IMG/VR virus record: IMGVR_UViG_3300028392_000029
Span: 62,001-126,000 of that record
Reading direction: 5' to 3' (one strand)
DNA: 64,000 nt
Shown here piece by piece: positions 12,901 through 22,019 of the stretch. The notes under the pieces were generated by a model, which was not told the DNA's origin, made no database searches, and saw only the letters and a list, made by a program, of their open reading frames with translations. Within the stretch, counting starts at the first letter, position 1. Each line of letters starts with the position of its first letter. Position numbers and translations under genes: made by a program.

Positions 12901-15900
12901 CAATGCTTAAATTTGTTTGTACACCAGCTAACGATCCTGTTTCAGCAGTTAATGAGTTGTCAATAATTTGGTTTGCTTGGTTGCCTGAACTAATACCGTT
13001 TAATGCTTGATAGTTACTGCTAGGAGCAGTATTTCCTAATACTGCGGCAAACAATGAATTTTTCAAGTAGTTGTAGGCTGTAACACTTTGTGAAACTTGA
13101 TAGCCAAAAGTTGTAGTAATTGGATTGCCAGTACTATTGAAATATGATTTGGCGGCATCGGTGTTCTTTTGATTACCGCCGTGGCCAATATCAAATACTG
13201 CGGCATCTACTAAGAGGCCAACATCACGCTCGCATTTTGTTGAGTTGTATACTAGTGATGCTGTGTTTGCTGTACTAGTTGCTGACAATGCCTGTGTAGT
13301 TCCACCATAGGCAGCACTAACAGAGAAGTGAGTCGCATCAACAATGTTTGAAACATAATATGTAACGCCAGCAGTAACACCGCCAGCAGTAACAGTAAAT
13401 GTCATTGGCATGTATAGTGACAAATAAGCTGTTGAGTTGCAGGTAAATGTACTGTTGGTTCCTGTGCCTGGTGAGCCACCTGTTGTTGCTGTGATAGTAA
13501 CTGTATAGTTATAGATGATAAAGTTTGTAACTTCCTTCATCATGAACTGTTTATTTTTAGCCAATAATAATTGTGCGCTGGTATTTAGATAACCGTTTTC
13601 AACTTGCAAGGCTGCATATCGAACAGTCTGCCATGGCTTGTCAAGTGTTTGTCCTTGACCATTACCTAATGCATCAGTGCCTGAAGGTGCCACATACACT
13701 ACGTTATTGATAACTCCAAAATATGCCCACTGGGGGGTAAGTGATCCGCCTACTGTGGATGCACGTAAAACCTGTCCGTCAGTACCGATAGGTAGTCGAG
13801 CCGGGCCTGCACCACCGTAATAAATTGTATCGCCTTGTGTAGTTAGTACATTGGTAATAGAACCTACTGCTAACACGTTCCAATATGTACCAGTAGTGTC
13901 TGCGTCAGGTCTGTTGCCTGATGCGGCAACGTGTGCTGTTACACAGATGTAACTGTTAGATCCAAAATTAACAGTATCACCTGCTACATATGCTGTAGAA
14001 GATGCCCAGCTTACTGCATAACCAACAGATGTAATACCACCAGTTTGAATTACGCCACCCGATACATTAGTAACTGTGATTAATAAATCGTTAGCTGGAC
14101 TGATGCCACCTAGTGCAGTTCCTAAGATCTTGATAGTATTAGTATTTGCATAGCCAGTTCCGCCACTAGCTACTGTAACAGTATAGTTTGTATTACTTAC
14201 GATAACATTAAACGTTGCACTAGTTCCAGAACCAACAACGTTAGTTCCGCTCAGTGCTGAGAAAGTTTGTGTTGATGGGTTCCAACGAATACCGCTGTTC
14301 AATCGTGACCAGTAACCAGTAAATGGAGGACTTGGGTTTGTAGTTCCAGTCATTGAGCCAGACGCCGTTGTTACTGTAAACGGTGTACCGCCTGAAACTG
14401 TACTAACTGTAAATTGAGTAGCACTGATAATAGTACTAACATAATAGGTTTGTGTTGTAGCTACTATATTACCAAAAGTTGTTCCGGTAAACACTAAGGG
14501 TAAGTTTGGTAGTAGGTTAGCTGTTGATCCAACGGTGATAGCATTGATACTTCCAGTAACTGTAGTTGAACTTACTGCCTGGCTTGAACTAATTGTAAAA
14601 CTTTTACCGGTAATTGTTACTGAAGATACACCTGATTGAGTCTGATTAACAGTCCATGATGTACCGCTACCTGCGGTGATATAAGTTCCGGCACTGATGT
14701 TAGTACCAGTCACGACCATACCAATCGAGATTGTTCCGGTAATTGCACCAGCAATATTTAAAGACTGACCAGTAATACTAGCAGTAGCCATCGTAGCTGT
14801 ATTCACTGTTACAATCGTAGTATTTGCCGCAATACTGCCGCCGGATAGTGTCATACCTGCACTGAATGTACCAGTTTGAGTTCCAGCCGCGGTCATTGTT
14901 GTACCGCTAACAAATGTCGCAGTGTTTGACGCAGTTGTGTTAGTTGTTGCTGTTGCTGTAACTGTTTGTATTGAGTTGTCTAATGTTGCAACATAAGTAT
15001 ATCCGCCTAATCGAACAACGTTACCAGTTTGATATGATGTTGCACCAACCCAGTCACCTAATAGTGTAAATCCAGTTGTAAATATTGACCAATCACTTGA
15101 TGTAGGAGATGGAGTGCTGGCAGTATTAACTGTGTTTGACACATATTGATATCCGCCATAGGTTACTATATCTCCGTTTTGGTATGTAGTACCACTTGAC
15201 CAACTATTATAGAACTGTAAACCTGCAATCCATACTGCCCAATTGGCTGTGGCAAATGCCGCTGACGAAGTATGTTGTGTTGTACAGATCCATAAATCGG
15301 CACCGTACTTTACAACGTCGTTTATTTTATAACGAACTGTGCTGCCACTCCATGTGCCTAGATATGTTATACCTTTGTGTAAAAAGTCCCACTTGTTTTG
15401 ATCATTTTCTAAACCTAGACTTGCAGTGGCTGCAGAAGTGTGTCCGGCATTACATACATAAGAAATACCACCGTATAATACAATGTCATTTATTCTGTAT
15501 CGATATGATGTTGCCCAGTTGCCGGTCCAAGCAAGACCTTTAACCCAAATATCCCAGTTAGAGATATCGTTTTCTAAACCTAAGGCAGTAGTACTAGCGG
15601 ATGTGTGTGCAGTATTACAAATATATGAATTTGCGCCATAGTTAACAATATCGTTAACTTTGTATTTTGTACTAACAGCCCAGCCTGCTGAAACCCAGTT
15701 AAACGAACTAGCATATAAATCCCACTTGCTTTGATCGTTTTCTAATCCCAGTAGAGTTGTGGCTGCCGATGTGTGTGGAGTATTACAAATATAAAGACGA
15801 CCGCCGTAACTAATTACATCGCGTAATTTGTAATATGTACTAATAGCCCAGGCACCAGTCCATGTAGAGCCGTCGCTAACTAATTGCCAATTACCGGATG

Positions 15901-16057
15901 ATAAATCTGTATAAAAATTGGATGTTGCGGTATGCCCGAGGACACACATATAAGTTTGTCCGCCATAGCGTAACACGTCGTCTTTTACATAGGTAGTGGA
16001 TGCGCTCCAGTTACCCTGCCATACGAACTTAATTCTACCTAGTTTAAATTCAGCCAT
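3929..16057 (-). CDS. Giant modular tail fibre / adhesin-like virion protein (4042 aa)
   Basis: N-terminal W.G.W...T.Y..ND.V.YG..Y.C...HTS repeats (CBM5/12-like), YVAPSGTD beta-helix start, many Thr/Gly beta-modules, W..IAYG.G.FVAV propeller-like repeats; C-terminal RLTGHDFLSIGTG...TSTDQDGNF block shared with 16112..22000. Confidence 0.8.
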   Translation of the reverse strand: MAEFKLGRIKFVWQGNWSASTTYVKDDVLRYGGQTYMCVLGHTATSNFYTDLSSGNWQLVSDGSTWTGAWAISTYYKLRDVISYGGRLYICNTPHTSAATTLLGLENDQSKWDLYASSFNWVSAGWAVSTKYKVNDIVNYGANSYICNTAHTSASTTALGLENDISNWDIWVKGLAWTGNWATSYRYRINDIVLYGGISYVCNAGHTSAATASLGLENDQNKWDFLHKGITYLGTWSGSTVRYKINDVVKYGADLWICTTQHTSSAAFATANWAVWIAGLQFYNSWSSGTTYQNGDIVTYGGYQYVSNTVNTASTPSPTSSDWSIFTTGFTLLGDWVGATSYQTGNVVRLGGYTYVATLDNSIQTVTATATTNTTASNTATFVSGTTMTAAGTQTGTFSAGMTLSGGSIAANTTIVTVNTATMATASITGQSLNIAGAITGTISIGMVVTGTNISAGTYITAGSGTSWTVNQTQSGVSSVTITGKSFTISSSQAVSSTTVTGSINAITVGSTANLLPNLPLVFTGTTFGNIVATTQTYYVSTIISATQFTVSTVSGGTPFTVTTASGSMTGTTNPSPPFTGYWSRLNSGIRWNPSTQTFSALSGTNVVGSGTSATFNVIVSNTNYTVTVASGGTGYANTNTIKILGTALGGISPANDLLITVTNVSGGVIQTGGITSVGYAVSWASSTAYVAGDTVNFGSNSYICVTAHVAASGNRPDADTTGTYWNVLAVGSITNVLTTQGDTIYYGGAGPARLPIGTDGQVLRASTVGGSLTPQWAYFGVINNVVYVAPSGTDALGNGQGQTLDKPWQTVRYAALQVENGYLNTSAQLLLAKNKQFMMKEVTNFIIYNYTVTITATTGGSPGTGTNSTFTCNSTAYLSLYMPMTFTVTAGGVTAGVTYYVSNIVDATHFSVSAAYGGTTQALSATSTANTASLVYNSTKCERDVGLLVDAAVFDIGHGGNQKNTDAAKSYFNSTGNPITTTFGYQVSQSVTAYNYLKNSLFAAVLGNTAPSSNYQALNGISSGNQANQIIDNSLTAETGSLAGVQTNLSIVTTALQANSGKVLSGVLIAGTAGQLTVPSGTYTVGSSILVTGTNTGTGTITSNTIYYVMVGGTAVSTIQVTNSYANATSSPTVAGTVTAVGVGGTTTGLTFTLFPGVTVSAAQLPQTTIMAKTGNYSEILPIVVPANTAISGDELRGTVIQPAGAVAALVNDKPKSVTALLRTKALLSNLVSNTSITPTSGNTASQVTSLPAGDAGSTAAANSVINSTTLMSNIFSNGLALAPAYSFTNPTGYNTSFLVGYGDAKAQIVQNYNYIKAQISQYIYNNYLSVYNAIDVSICQRDVGYVLDALLHDMTYGGNTQTNIAGSAYYSYGVLTEAATEKTATIAAYGQLKTIIGQIATGTLVTSQTATNASITGYIVGTALNVSSTVSGTIQVGQIITGAGIASNTIVTAYNSINSNWTVSISQTVGSVGSPIAIAGAYPTQVTTGTAGSSIAGVFAQSRVQNVVDWVTNAAATSTVVTTTGSTIGPSSTTLTIGTLVSGTIAVGQLVTGAGVAAGTYITANLSGSGNGSTWTVSVSQTVASSAIGTQGAFTPNDAGTVALSSSSLQTAFNALLNKKTEIQSDTTVWVQKYFQALNFNTATCYRDAGYIVDALAYDLVLGTNFNSITVAKSYYRAITSAQTVLLNQTQAELGAIGFIGYKAKLIAASGAAAQASVMIDDIVSTIYGQVTTTATAFNSSGNVVTLASTAGVYVNMPVVFTSGSQGGTQQNQTYWVLSVNTTTNQITITATYGSVSAVTLTTAASTSVAVTIGAVVQTHGTLTYDNTLSTINGAEIIRANINFLAYESVAYVNASYGGTVSGTNSTGYLITTTGNHNFVVGDPVTFTGTVGISNIVAGNTYYVLAAGLTSTSFAVTSTQFSLVPTQVATATLGSLTVKYAYSVPACIRDTTSYLNAIVYDLNFPGNYKTQRSAQLYNNAVGGSVKENMFLLRNGTGLRNMTMTGLTGTLGAANAYGTRRPTAGSYSSLDPGFGPNDANAWIYARSPYTQNCTMFGYGCVGMKIDGALHAGGNRSIVANDYTTILSDGIGVWCTGSSSLTELVSVFCYYGYAGYLAELGGRMRATNGNSSYGTYGTLAEGGDTYEVAVTAAINNRSGQATVSNVFTDSTNAIYRMEFSNAGSGYNTATWSIGGTGYNATVVANEFRDNAVFETRPLTGGANYVTQSNVAQAGTLYQINLAATDSAISAAYIGMRILLTGGTGNGQAGYIVNYNSGTKLANVAKESFTTIVVNSCTTSVFTTTTNTSTLYANMPIYFSGASTFGGGNITPLTTVYYVIGASLSSNGTTFSVASASGSSSPVVLTSGSGTMTINAAGWDHVVPGTTNATNLDLTTTYIIEPRVVASAPGFVPSIGTQVLNSAGWADVAYGDTTVTYNSVSGTIGLGTGTLSSGSGATFSIVRTGVAYAITITTGGTLYTIGNTITIPGTSLGGVTPANNLVVTITNVNTGTGAITNFTYTGVGSGGYYVAITSNGNATQYSSDGTSWTTGGTLSSSTTWTAIAYGAGVWVAIAKGGTLSNYATTPLTWQASSAMPATANWSAIAYGNGRFMAVASGSANAAYSTVGQNWTNTNALPSGANWSGVAYGGTIWVAISGGVAGSTAAASSADGTTWTARTLPSSQNWTSVTYGKNIFVAVAASTTATAYSIDGITWKSSGAGMGVNLPWSRVKYGQGLFLAAPASQNQNITATTSITATFSGYISAVTGTSGTTGTVLTVTGSVVGTIALGMNLSGGGTQNGTYISSLGTGTGGVGTYNVSITNNVGTTGSPQAFVGVNNLITVSSTTGVVAGETFIPTAVTQTPTATATTNATATGSASTIATSVLTVGGTISGTWAVGMVVTGSASIPAGTYITSLGTGTGGAGTYNLSTTPGTVASFAATGTLNSITLSSVAGLVPGESFVTTSTQTASTVVSTAAGTSITLANSSTFDVGEPVVFTAATFNPVLLAAATGTNLLTVSSTSNLVVNQSIVFTAVTQTTTATATTSATATMTGSTIGATGILTVGTLTAGSLSIGMVLTGGSIGASVYITGNLLGSGSGSTWQTNTTTTQTSTTITGTLSSVTVGSTTGMVVGETYTSTAVTASTTATQTTTTSAVMANSSITSGILTVGTVSSGIVVIGMALSGSGVTAGTYVVANISGNGTSAGSQWAVSSSQTTNVSTTTITGTSYIVTVASNSNMVVGQSFATGSSGAFGNLANSATYYILTINSTFITISATPGGAPFVLINASGTVAITAGAALGGLVSGSTYYILTIPTSSTLTLGANYGSNPVSLINGVGSWNVTTGQTFSSVTAGTTYYITQVNSGSSTIQISATVGGSTLNLTTAAAGAWTSVAGGVLGGIVSGTQTYYVLTNNTGTGVITVATSYGGSAVTWALGAGAWAAGAGVSLGGPVATTGQVTAVGVNNGVITTTQTVSALGISVGSMIYFTNGSGTVFGGPTANTLYYVNSASTNSVTVATYSGGAGTGTAFTSWAGGTGTMNINVVSSGLITGVPYYILTVGSNYVTVGSTFGTAPVPITTSTGDSWSTACGTFFGNLVSTSTYYVQQVFSGTNQLQVSQTSTGSSFTLVSGAGGWTSTAGAATQVSASNDGINWVVQNLTSVASWPAIAFGNPSSVPLWVACSLNTTIFNKIVTGATATLRCKVSAGAISEYRLIEPGSGYSSAPLLTITDPNQTSPATQSTRVGVGAIANPMWTNRGLQYATGTATVSGNGYADSYQTTSYINISGLYVTPTAGANIQIAGNGSYYKLVQVSNLLGTGPGLAPYTAVFQISPSFTSANAPVHGSAMTLKLKYSQVRLTGHDFLSIGTGNQTTTNYPGTPLQAANPTLQTVGNGGGRVFYTSTDQDGNFQVGTLFSVQQATGVASINADAFNLAGLNSLTLGSISLGSSNATITQFSTDPYFTANSDNVVPTQKAIKSYISSQIGGGSSALNVNTLTAGVIYIAGNTISTTTQVQILVPATMNFTGAGAGINGIPLAMNFLLLN

Positions 16058-16111
16058 TCAATGCTCCAATTCTCATTATGTTGTATTTATGTTTATTTAA
16101 AATCTTATATT

Positions 16112-19100
16112 TTAGTTATTAGCACTAAAACTGTTGGCAAACAACGAATGTGCCAACATCATACCGTTGATACCTGCGTTTGGTCCTTTGATATTCACCG
16201 TGGCTTTCATCAAAATCTGTTGCCCAACACTTGAATATATTTTCTGCGATCCGCCAAGTCCTACCGTACCTGCAATAACTGCACCTGTTTGTGCATTTGA
16301 TCCGCCACCGGCAATGTTTCGTGCTAGGTATGCTTTAACAGCTTTTTGTGTCGGAACTACTGTGTCACTATTTGCAACAAAATATGTATCCGTTGAAAAA
16401 CTAGTAATTGTCACAGAGTTTGCACCTGCACTTAACCCGCCAATGACTAATTTTGTCAGTCCGGCTAGACTAAATTGATTAGCTGAAATTGTTACAATAC
16501 CGCTGGCCTGTTGTACTGCAAACAGATTACCGACTTTAAAGTTGCCGTCCTGGTCTGTTGATGTTTGGAATACTCGACCACTATTGTTTTCAGCAATTTG
16601 TTTATAACTGGCCGCGGTCAATGGGTCAACATTTGGATAGTTTGTCTGTGCTTTATTACCAGTACCGATGTACAAGAAATCGTGCCCCGTAATTCTACAC
16701 TGGCTATATTTTAATCGAATACTAATAGTTGTCCCGTGGACTGGTGCTAGACTAATTGTTAATGCGGCTGCAATTTGGAAAAGATAGTTTCCACTACCTA
16801 ACGGAGTTATAACTACGACTCGGTATAAATTATTATTTCCGCTGATAGTTATGGCCGCTCCCGGAGTTGGGGATTGTGACAACCCACTGACATATAGATA
16901 CTGACTAGATTGCAATTGGTCGGCATAGCCGTCACCATTGACTGCAACTGTCGTAGTTGATGTTTGATAACCATTACCTCGGTTGAGGAATGTAGGATTA
17001 CCTAATACTCCTGTGGCTGTGCGGCATGCAGTTGTCACGGCTAGTGTTGCATTAGGATCATATATAGTAACTGTTGGAGTAGTGGCATAGCCGCCTCCTG
17101 GCTCATATATCTTTACCATACTGACTTTGCTATTAGCTACAATCACTCGTCCAATAGTAGTTGGTCCGGTAAGTACACTGGCAGCAGTGTTTGACGCTGT
17201 ACCGGCAATTGCCGTCCAAATTGGTGTAACTGCTCCGGCTATGCTTGTAGGATTTCCAAATGCTACAGCTGACCAAGGAGCACTTGTTGGCATTATCTGC
17301 GGGGTCCAATATAATCCATCTTGACTAGTGGCCGCTGTGCTGGTATTGGCCGCAACTGCAAAAAATAAACCTTGCCCGTATGTCACGGCTGTCCATGTCT
17401 GCGTACTAGGTAGAGCGTTTATTGTCCAAGTAATACCATCAAAGGAATATGCTGATTGATTTGTTTGGTCAATCGCTACAAATCTACCGTTACCCCATGT
17501 TACTGATATCCATGTACTGCTAGCTGGCAATGTACAAGGTGTCCATAGACTGCCGTTGTTAGTAGAATAAGCGGCATTGGCTGTTCCGGAAGCGACTGCA
17601 ACCCATGTACCAATAGATCCATATGCTATACTAGACCAGTTTCTTGAAGTCGGTAATGATCCGCCGTTAGCCCATGAAGTTCCACTAGTTGATGTAGCCG
17701 AATATGTGCTACCGTATGCAATCGCTACAAATGTCCCGTTACCAAATGCACAAGCTGACCAGTTGGCTGCAACCGGCAGTGTGCCACCTGCACTCCATGA
17801 TGCACCAGTATTTGATATACTTGTTAAATTACTTGAAGATGCGCCGCCTGCGACTGCTACAAAAAATCCTTGCCCAAATGCTAACGAAGTCCACGCTGTG
17901 CCGGCTGCCAGTGCTGTGGGATTCACAGTTGCTGCCAGCCAATTTTTACCGTCTGTAGATGTTGCCACACTACTCACTTGATCAATTGCAACAAATGTTC
18001 CTAATGCATAAATCATTGCGGCCCAAGTACTAGTTGATGGTAGTACTTGTAGTGTTCCTGTAAATCCGGGTGATGAAAAACTTACTTTTGGTTCAATGGA
18101 ATATACTGTGGTTGTATCAAGAGCCGGTGCAATAGGTTGCCCAGGCAGGATATTGTCAAAACCTACAGCTCCAATGTACGAGTTGCCATTGGCGGTATAC
18201 ACCGGAACTGGAACTCCTGCATATGTCCATGTGCCAGTTACTGAAGTTAGTGTGGCTTGACTTAAAGTAACAGTACTGATACCAGTACCTAATACTGTAG
18301 TACCTGCTTGTATTCCGGGGCCTGTTACAGCGCCACCTACAATAATACCAACTGTGCTGGCAATACCGCTGATGGTCTGTGTACTGTTACTTGTTCCAGT
18401 AAATGTTCCTGGTGCAGTCGCAGATAAAGTAATTTGATTCGTAAGAGTATTGTTAGTCAAGACCCAATAAGGTGTTCCCCAGCCAAGTGTTCCAATTACT
18501 CCCTGAGCAGTCGCTAACATGTTAGCAGTACCAGCATAAGTAGAGATATTTAAAATAGTACCAGTACCACCTAAACTAGTAGGTAATGCTGTTGAAATCT
18601 GAATTTTAGATCCGTTGATTGCATAAACAAAATAGCTAGTTCCGGGACTTACTCCGCCAAAGATAGTATTAAATGTCGGATTAACTGCAAATATAATGTT
18701 TTCTCCTACAAATATTCCCGATACACTTGCTAGTGTAAGACTATTGTCAACACTACTTGATGCAGTTACTGATGTAGTTTGTGTACTAGGCCCAAACATA
18801 ATGGCCTGTCCTACTTGTAAAGTGCTAGTAGATAAACATGTTACTGAATTGTTTGCATTACTTGTAGAGGTAACTGTTACTTGCGGGAAACTTTCTCTAC
18901 TAATATATGCGGCTTTTGTACTACTGTTATAATATTGTATATAGCCGTACTGCCCAACTCCTGTACCCGAAGTAATAATTAATCGCATACCAAAATATGT
19001 GGAAATAAGGTTCTGGTCGTTTGATGCTAATGTAACGTAAGTATTGGTGCCGCCGCCGGCTTGATTACCTGCTGTTAAGTAGCCGGCACCGCCAGCTGTT

Positions 19101-22000
19101 ATATCAGTGGGCCCAATAATTCTAGCTTCAAAGATGCCGCCATCTCTAAACTCATCGGCAACTGCAACTGCACCTGTACCAGCACCACTAAATGTATAGG
19201 TTGCTGTTGAATAATTTTGTCCGGCATTAGAGAATTCTAATCTAAGAATTTTGTTATTTGCTTGGCCGGCAAAGGCTGCTTGAATTTGAGCTTGTTGGCT
19301 ACGATTATTAACTGTTGCGGCTAGCGGGACTTCGGTAGTGTCATATCCTTCAGCAACTGTTCCATATGTGCCATACGAACTATTACCGTTGGTAGCACGA
19401 ATTCTTCCACCGGCCTCTGCTAGATATCCAATATGTCCATAATAGTTAAACACTGATACTAGTTCTGTTAGTGCGCTAGGGCCTGTACACCATGCGCCAA
19501 TTCCATCGCTAATAACTGTGGTAAAATCGTTAGCCACGATTGATCGATTGCCACCGTTATGCAGTGTACCGTCAATCTTTACACCGGTACATCCGGTACC
19601 AAACATCGTAACGTTTTGCGCATAAGGAGATTTGCTGGTAATTTGTACACTAGTATCATTTGGTCCGGATCCGGGATCTAAACTAACAAATGCTCCGCCA
19701 GTTGGACGTGAAGTGAGATATTGATTAATTGGTGTAAGGCCGCCAGTCAATCCTTGTAAGGTCATATTTCTAATGCCTGTGCCGTTACGACAAAGGAACA
19801 TATTAGATCCTTCGTAGCCGGCTGCTGGTTGCACCACTGTACCGCGTAGTTCATCGCCGCATAGCGCAACACCTGCTGGAATACTGATTGGAAGAATTTC
19901 AGTATAAGTTCCAGTCTTAATAAAAATTGTAGCAGGTCCGATAACGTTTGCACAAGCATAACGGATGCTAGCCCAAGGTGTATTCACAGTTGTTCCACGA
20001 GTAGGTAAATCAATTCCACTCATAGCAACATAATATACAGCACCAATAATACCAAAATTATTCCAAGCCGGGGCAATATTTGTGTTATCAACTACACCAT
20101 TGGTAACTGCCGCAGTTGCACGAAGTAGTTGTCCTTGTGTACCTATTGGTATCGCTTTATTAGCAGTACCGTAAGTTGGTATATCGCCATAAGTCTGGAT
20201 AGCTACCCATTGGTCTCCAGCGGCGTATCTGTTCCAATAGATTGATGCATTTTGTATAGACCCGCCTGTGGTAAATCCTGTAGCTAATGTTTCAAAACTA
20301 GCTGTAGTATTAGTACAGGTTATTACTGTATATGTTCCGTTGTAAGCTGTTGGGGTTGTGTTTGATACAATGATTAAATTTCCTGGAGTATACGGGCTAT
20401 TAGCTTGTGTAGGGAAGGTAACTGTTCCCACACCGGTTACTGTTGGGGTAGCAGTGAAGGTTGTTCCAGATAATGTCAGTGTTCCAAAATTAATGTCAGC
20501 AGTACCAAGTGCTCCAAGATATGTTGATGCTAGTGCAATTGTTGTACCATCAATAATATTACCAATATAATAAGTACCAGCTGTTAATGCTCCTGCTCCT
20601 GTACCTGCTACTACAAAAGTTTCACCTATGTGTAGTCCTGTTGATGAACTAACTGTAACATTTACTCCACTGGTTGCAGTGATACTTCCTGTGCGAGTTG
20701 TTAATGCTCCAGTACCCAAAGCACCGGTGATCATCAACGACGTAAATGTATTATCGATTAACGGTGTATTACTTGTAGTTGCATTATGTAATTGTTTGCA
20801 AACATATGCTGTGCCATTGTAAGTAACAAGGTCGCCTGGAGCATATGATGTGGTCAATGCCCAGGTATTTCTCCACTGTACACCAGGAATTAATAATTGC
20901 CATGCCGATGTATCAGTGGGATCATTACCGGTGTTATCAGCAATTGCAACATAAAGTTGCCCATCACGACGTACAATCTCACCTACTTTATATCCCGGAG
21001 TTGGACTTGCTACATATTCACCTCTGATATTGTAACTCTTAGATAAAAGAGTCCAATCGGTTGCATCAGTTGACGGAATGTTACCTTGATTATTTGTAGT
21101 TGCGCTTACATACTGATATCCGCCGTACACTACAACATCGCCAACTACATATGATGCACTAACACTCCAAGTACTAGAAAATTCTAAACCAGGAACATAT
21201 ATTGAAAAATTTGTTGTGCTAAAAGTAGTAGTTGAAGTATGAGGAATGTTACAAAACCAAAGATCTGCACCGTACTTGACTATGTCGTTAAGTTTGTAAC
21301 GAGTCACTGATGCCCAGTTAGTTTTAAAATCTATACCACTATGTACTATAGTCCACTTGCTTTGATCAACTTCTAATCCAGACGATACAGATACATTGCT
21401 AGTGTGTCCAGTGACACACTTGTACACTATGCCGCCGTAACGGACTACATCACCTACTTTATATTGAACACTAGTCGACCAATCTGTTTTCCAATCTGAA
21501 CCGTAGCTGACCACAGCCCAGTTTGATTGATTTGCTTCTAGCGTAGCGCCTGTTTGGTGTCCGGTAAGGCAACGATATAACGTTGAGCCGTAGCGAACAA
21601 TGTCGCCCTTTTTAAATCTAGCACTGGCTGTCCAATTTTTAGACCATTCATCAGCTAGAGCGTATATAATCCAGTTTGCTTGATTTGCTTCAAGTCCTAG
21701 TAGTGCTGTTGCCGCAGAAGTGTGCCCAGCGGTACAAATATAAATTACACCACCGTAGGTAACATAATCGCCAATGTTGTATAGGGTACCTACAGCCCAA
21801 ACACCTTTCCATGTGTATCCATCAAACCATAAAGTCCAGTTGGCCGAATCTGTATAAAAATTTGCGCTGGCAGTGTTAGCCGATGTACACACATAGGATT
21901 TTCCACCGTAGTTTATTACATCGTCTTTAGCATACACTGTGCTGGTTGTCCAAACACCGCGCCATGTAAATCGTATTCTACTTATTTTAAAATCAGCCAT
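16112..22000 (-). CDS. Modular tail fibre / adhesin-like virion protein (1962 aa), paralogue of 3929..16057
   Basis: Same N-terminal repeats (MADFKISRIRFTWRGVW vs MAEFKLGRIKFVWQGNW), same NRSIVANDFTT..SDGIG.WCTG core and C-terminal block. Confidence 0.8.
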   Translation of the reverse strand: MADFKISRIRFTWRGVWTTSTVYAKDDVINYGGKSYVCTSANTASANFYTDSANWTLWFDGYTWKGVWAVGTLYNIGDYVTYGGVIYICTAGHTSAATALLGLEANQANWIIYALADEWSKNWTASARFKKGDIVRYGSTLYRCLTGHQTGATLEANQSNWAVVSYGSDWKTDWSTSVQYKVGDVVRYGGIVYKCVTGHTSNVSVSSGLEVDQSKWTIVHSGIDFKTNWASVTRYKLNDIVKYGADLWFCNIPHTSTTTFSTTNFSIYVPGLEFSSTWSVSASYVVGDVVVYGGYQYVSATTNNQGNIPSTDATDWTLLSKSYNIRGEYVASPTPGYKVGEIVRRDGQLYVAIADNTGNDPTDTSAWQLLIPGVQWRNTWALTTSYAPGDLVTYNGTAYVCKQLHNATTSNTPLIDNTFTSLMITGALGTGALTTRTGSITATSGVNVTVSSSTGLHIGETFVVAGTGAGALTAGTYYIGNIIDGTTIALASTYLGALGTADINFGTLTLSGTTFTATPTVTGVGTVTFPTQANSPYTPGNLIIVSNTTPTAYNGTYTVITCTNTTASFETLATGFTTGGSIQNASIYWNRYAAGDQWVAIQTYGDIPTYGTANKAIPIGTQGQLLRATAAVTNGVVDNTNIAPAWNNFGIIGAVYYVAMSGIDLPTRGTTVNTPWASIRYACANVIGPATIFIKTGTYTEILPISIPAGVALCGDELRGTVVQPAAGYEGSNMFLCRNGTGIRNMTLQGLTGGLTPINQYLTSRPTGGAFVSLDPGSGPNDTSVQITSKSPYAQNVTMFGTGCTGVKIDGTLHNGGNRSIVANDFTTVISDGIGAWCTGPSALTELVSVFNYYGHIGYLAEAGGRIRATNGNSSYGTYGTVAEGYDTTEVPLAATVNNRSQQAQIQAAFAGQANNKILRLEFSNAGQNYSTATYTFSGAGTGAVAVADEFRDGGIFEARIIGPTDITAGGAGYLTAGNQAGGGTNTYVTLASNDQNLISTYFGMRLIITSGTGVGQYGYIQYYNSSTKAAYISRESFPQVTVTSTSNANNSVTCLSTSTLQVGQAIMFGPSTQTTSVTASSSVDNSLTLASVSGIFVGENIIFAVNPTFNTIFGGVSPGTSYFVYAINGSKIQISTALPTSLGGTGTILNISTYAGTANMLATAQGVIGTLGWGTPYWVLTNNTLTNQITLSATAPGTFTGTSNSTQTISGIASTVGIIVGGAVTGPGIQAGTTVLGTGISTVTLSQATLTSVTGTWTYAGVPVPVYTANGNSYIGAVGFDNILPGQPIAPALDTTTVYSIEPKVSFSSPGFTGTLQVLPSTSTWAAMIYALGTFVAIDQVSSVATSTDGKNWLAATVNPTALAAGTAWTSLAFGQGFFVAVAGGASSSNLTSISNTGASWSAGGTLPVAANWSACAFGNGTFVAIAYGSTYSATSTSGTSWANGGSLPTSRNWSSIAYGSIGTWVAVASGTANAAYSTNNGSLWTPCTLPASSTWISVTWGNGRFVAIDQTNQSAYSFDGITWTINALPSTQTWTAVTYGQGLFFAVAANTSTAATSQDGLYWTPQIMPTSAPWSAVAFGNPTSIAGAVTPIWTAIAGTASNTAASVLTGPTTIGRVIVANSKVSMVKIYEPGGGYATTPTVTIYDPNATLAVTTACRTATGVLGNPTFLNRGNGYQTSTTTVAVNGDGYADQLQSSQYLYVSGLSQSPTPGAAITISGNNNLYRVVVITPLGSGNYLFQIAAALTISLAPVHGTTISIRLKYSQCRITGHDFLYIGTGNKAQTNYPNVDPLTAASYKQIAENNSGRVFQTSTDQDGNFKVGNLFAVQQASGIVTISANQFSLAGLTKLVIGGLSAGANSVTITSFSTDTYFVANSDTVVPTQKAVKAYLARNIAGGGSNAQTGAVIAGTVGLGGSQKIYSSVGQQILMKATVNIKGPNAGINGMMLAHSLFANSFSANN

Positions 22001-22019
22001 TTCTTACCTCAATATTTGT

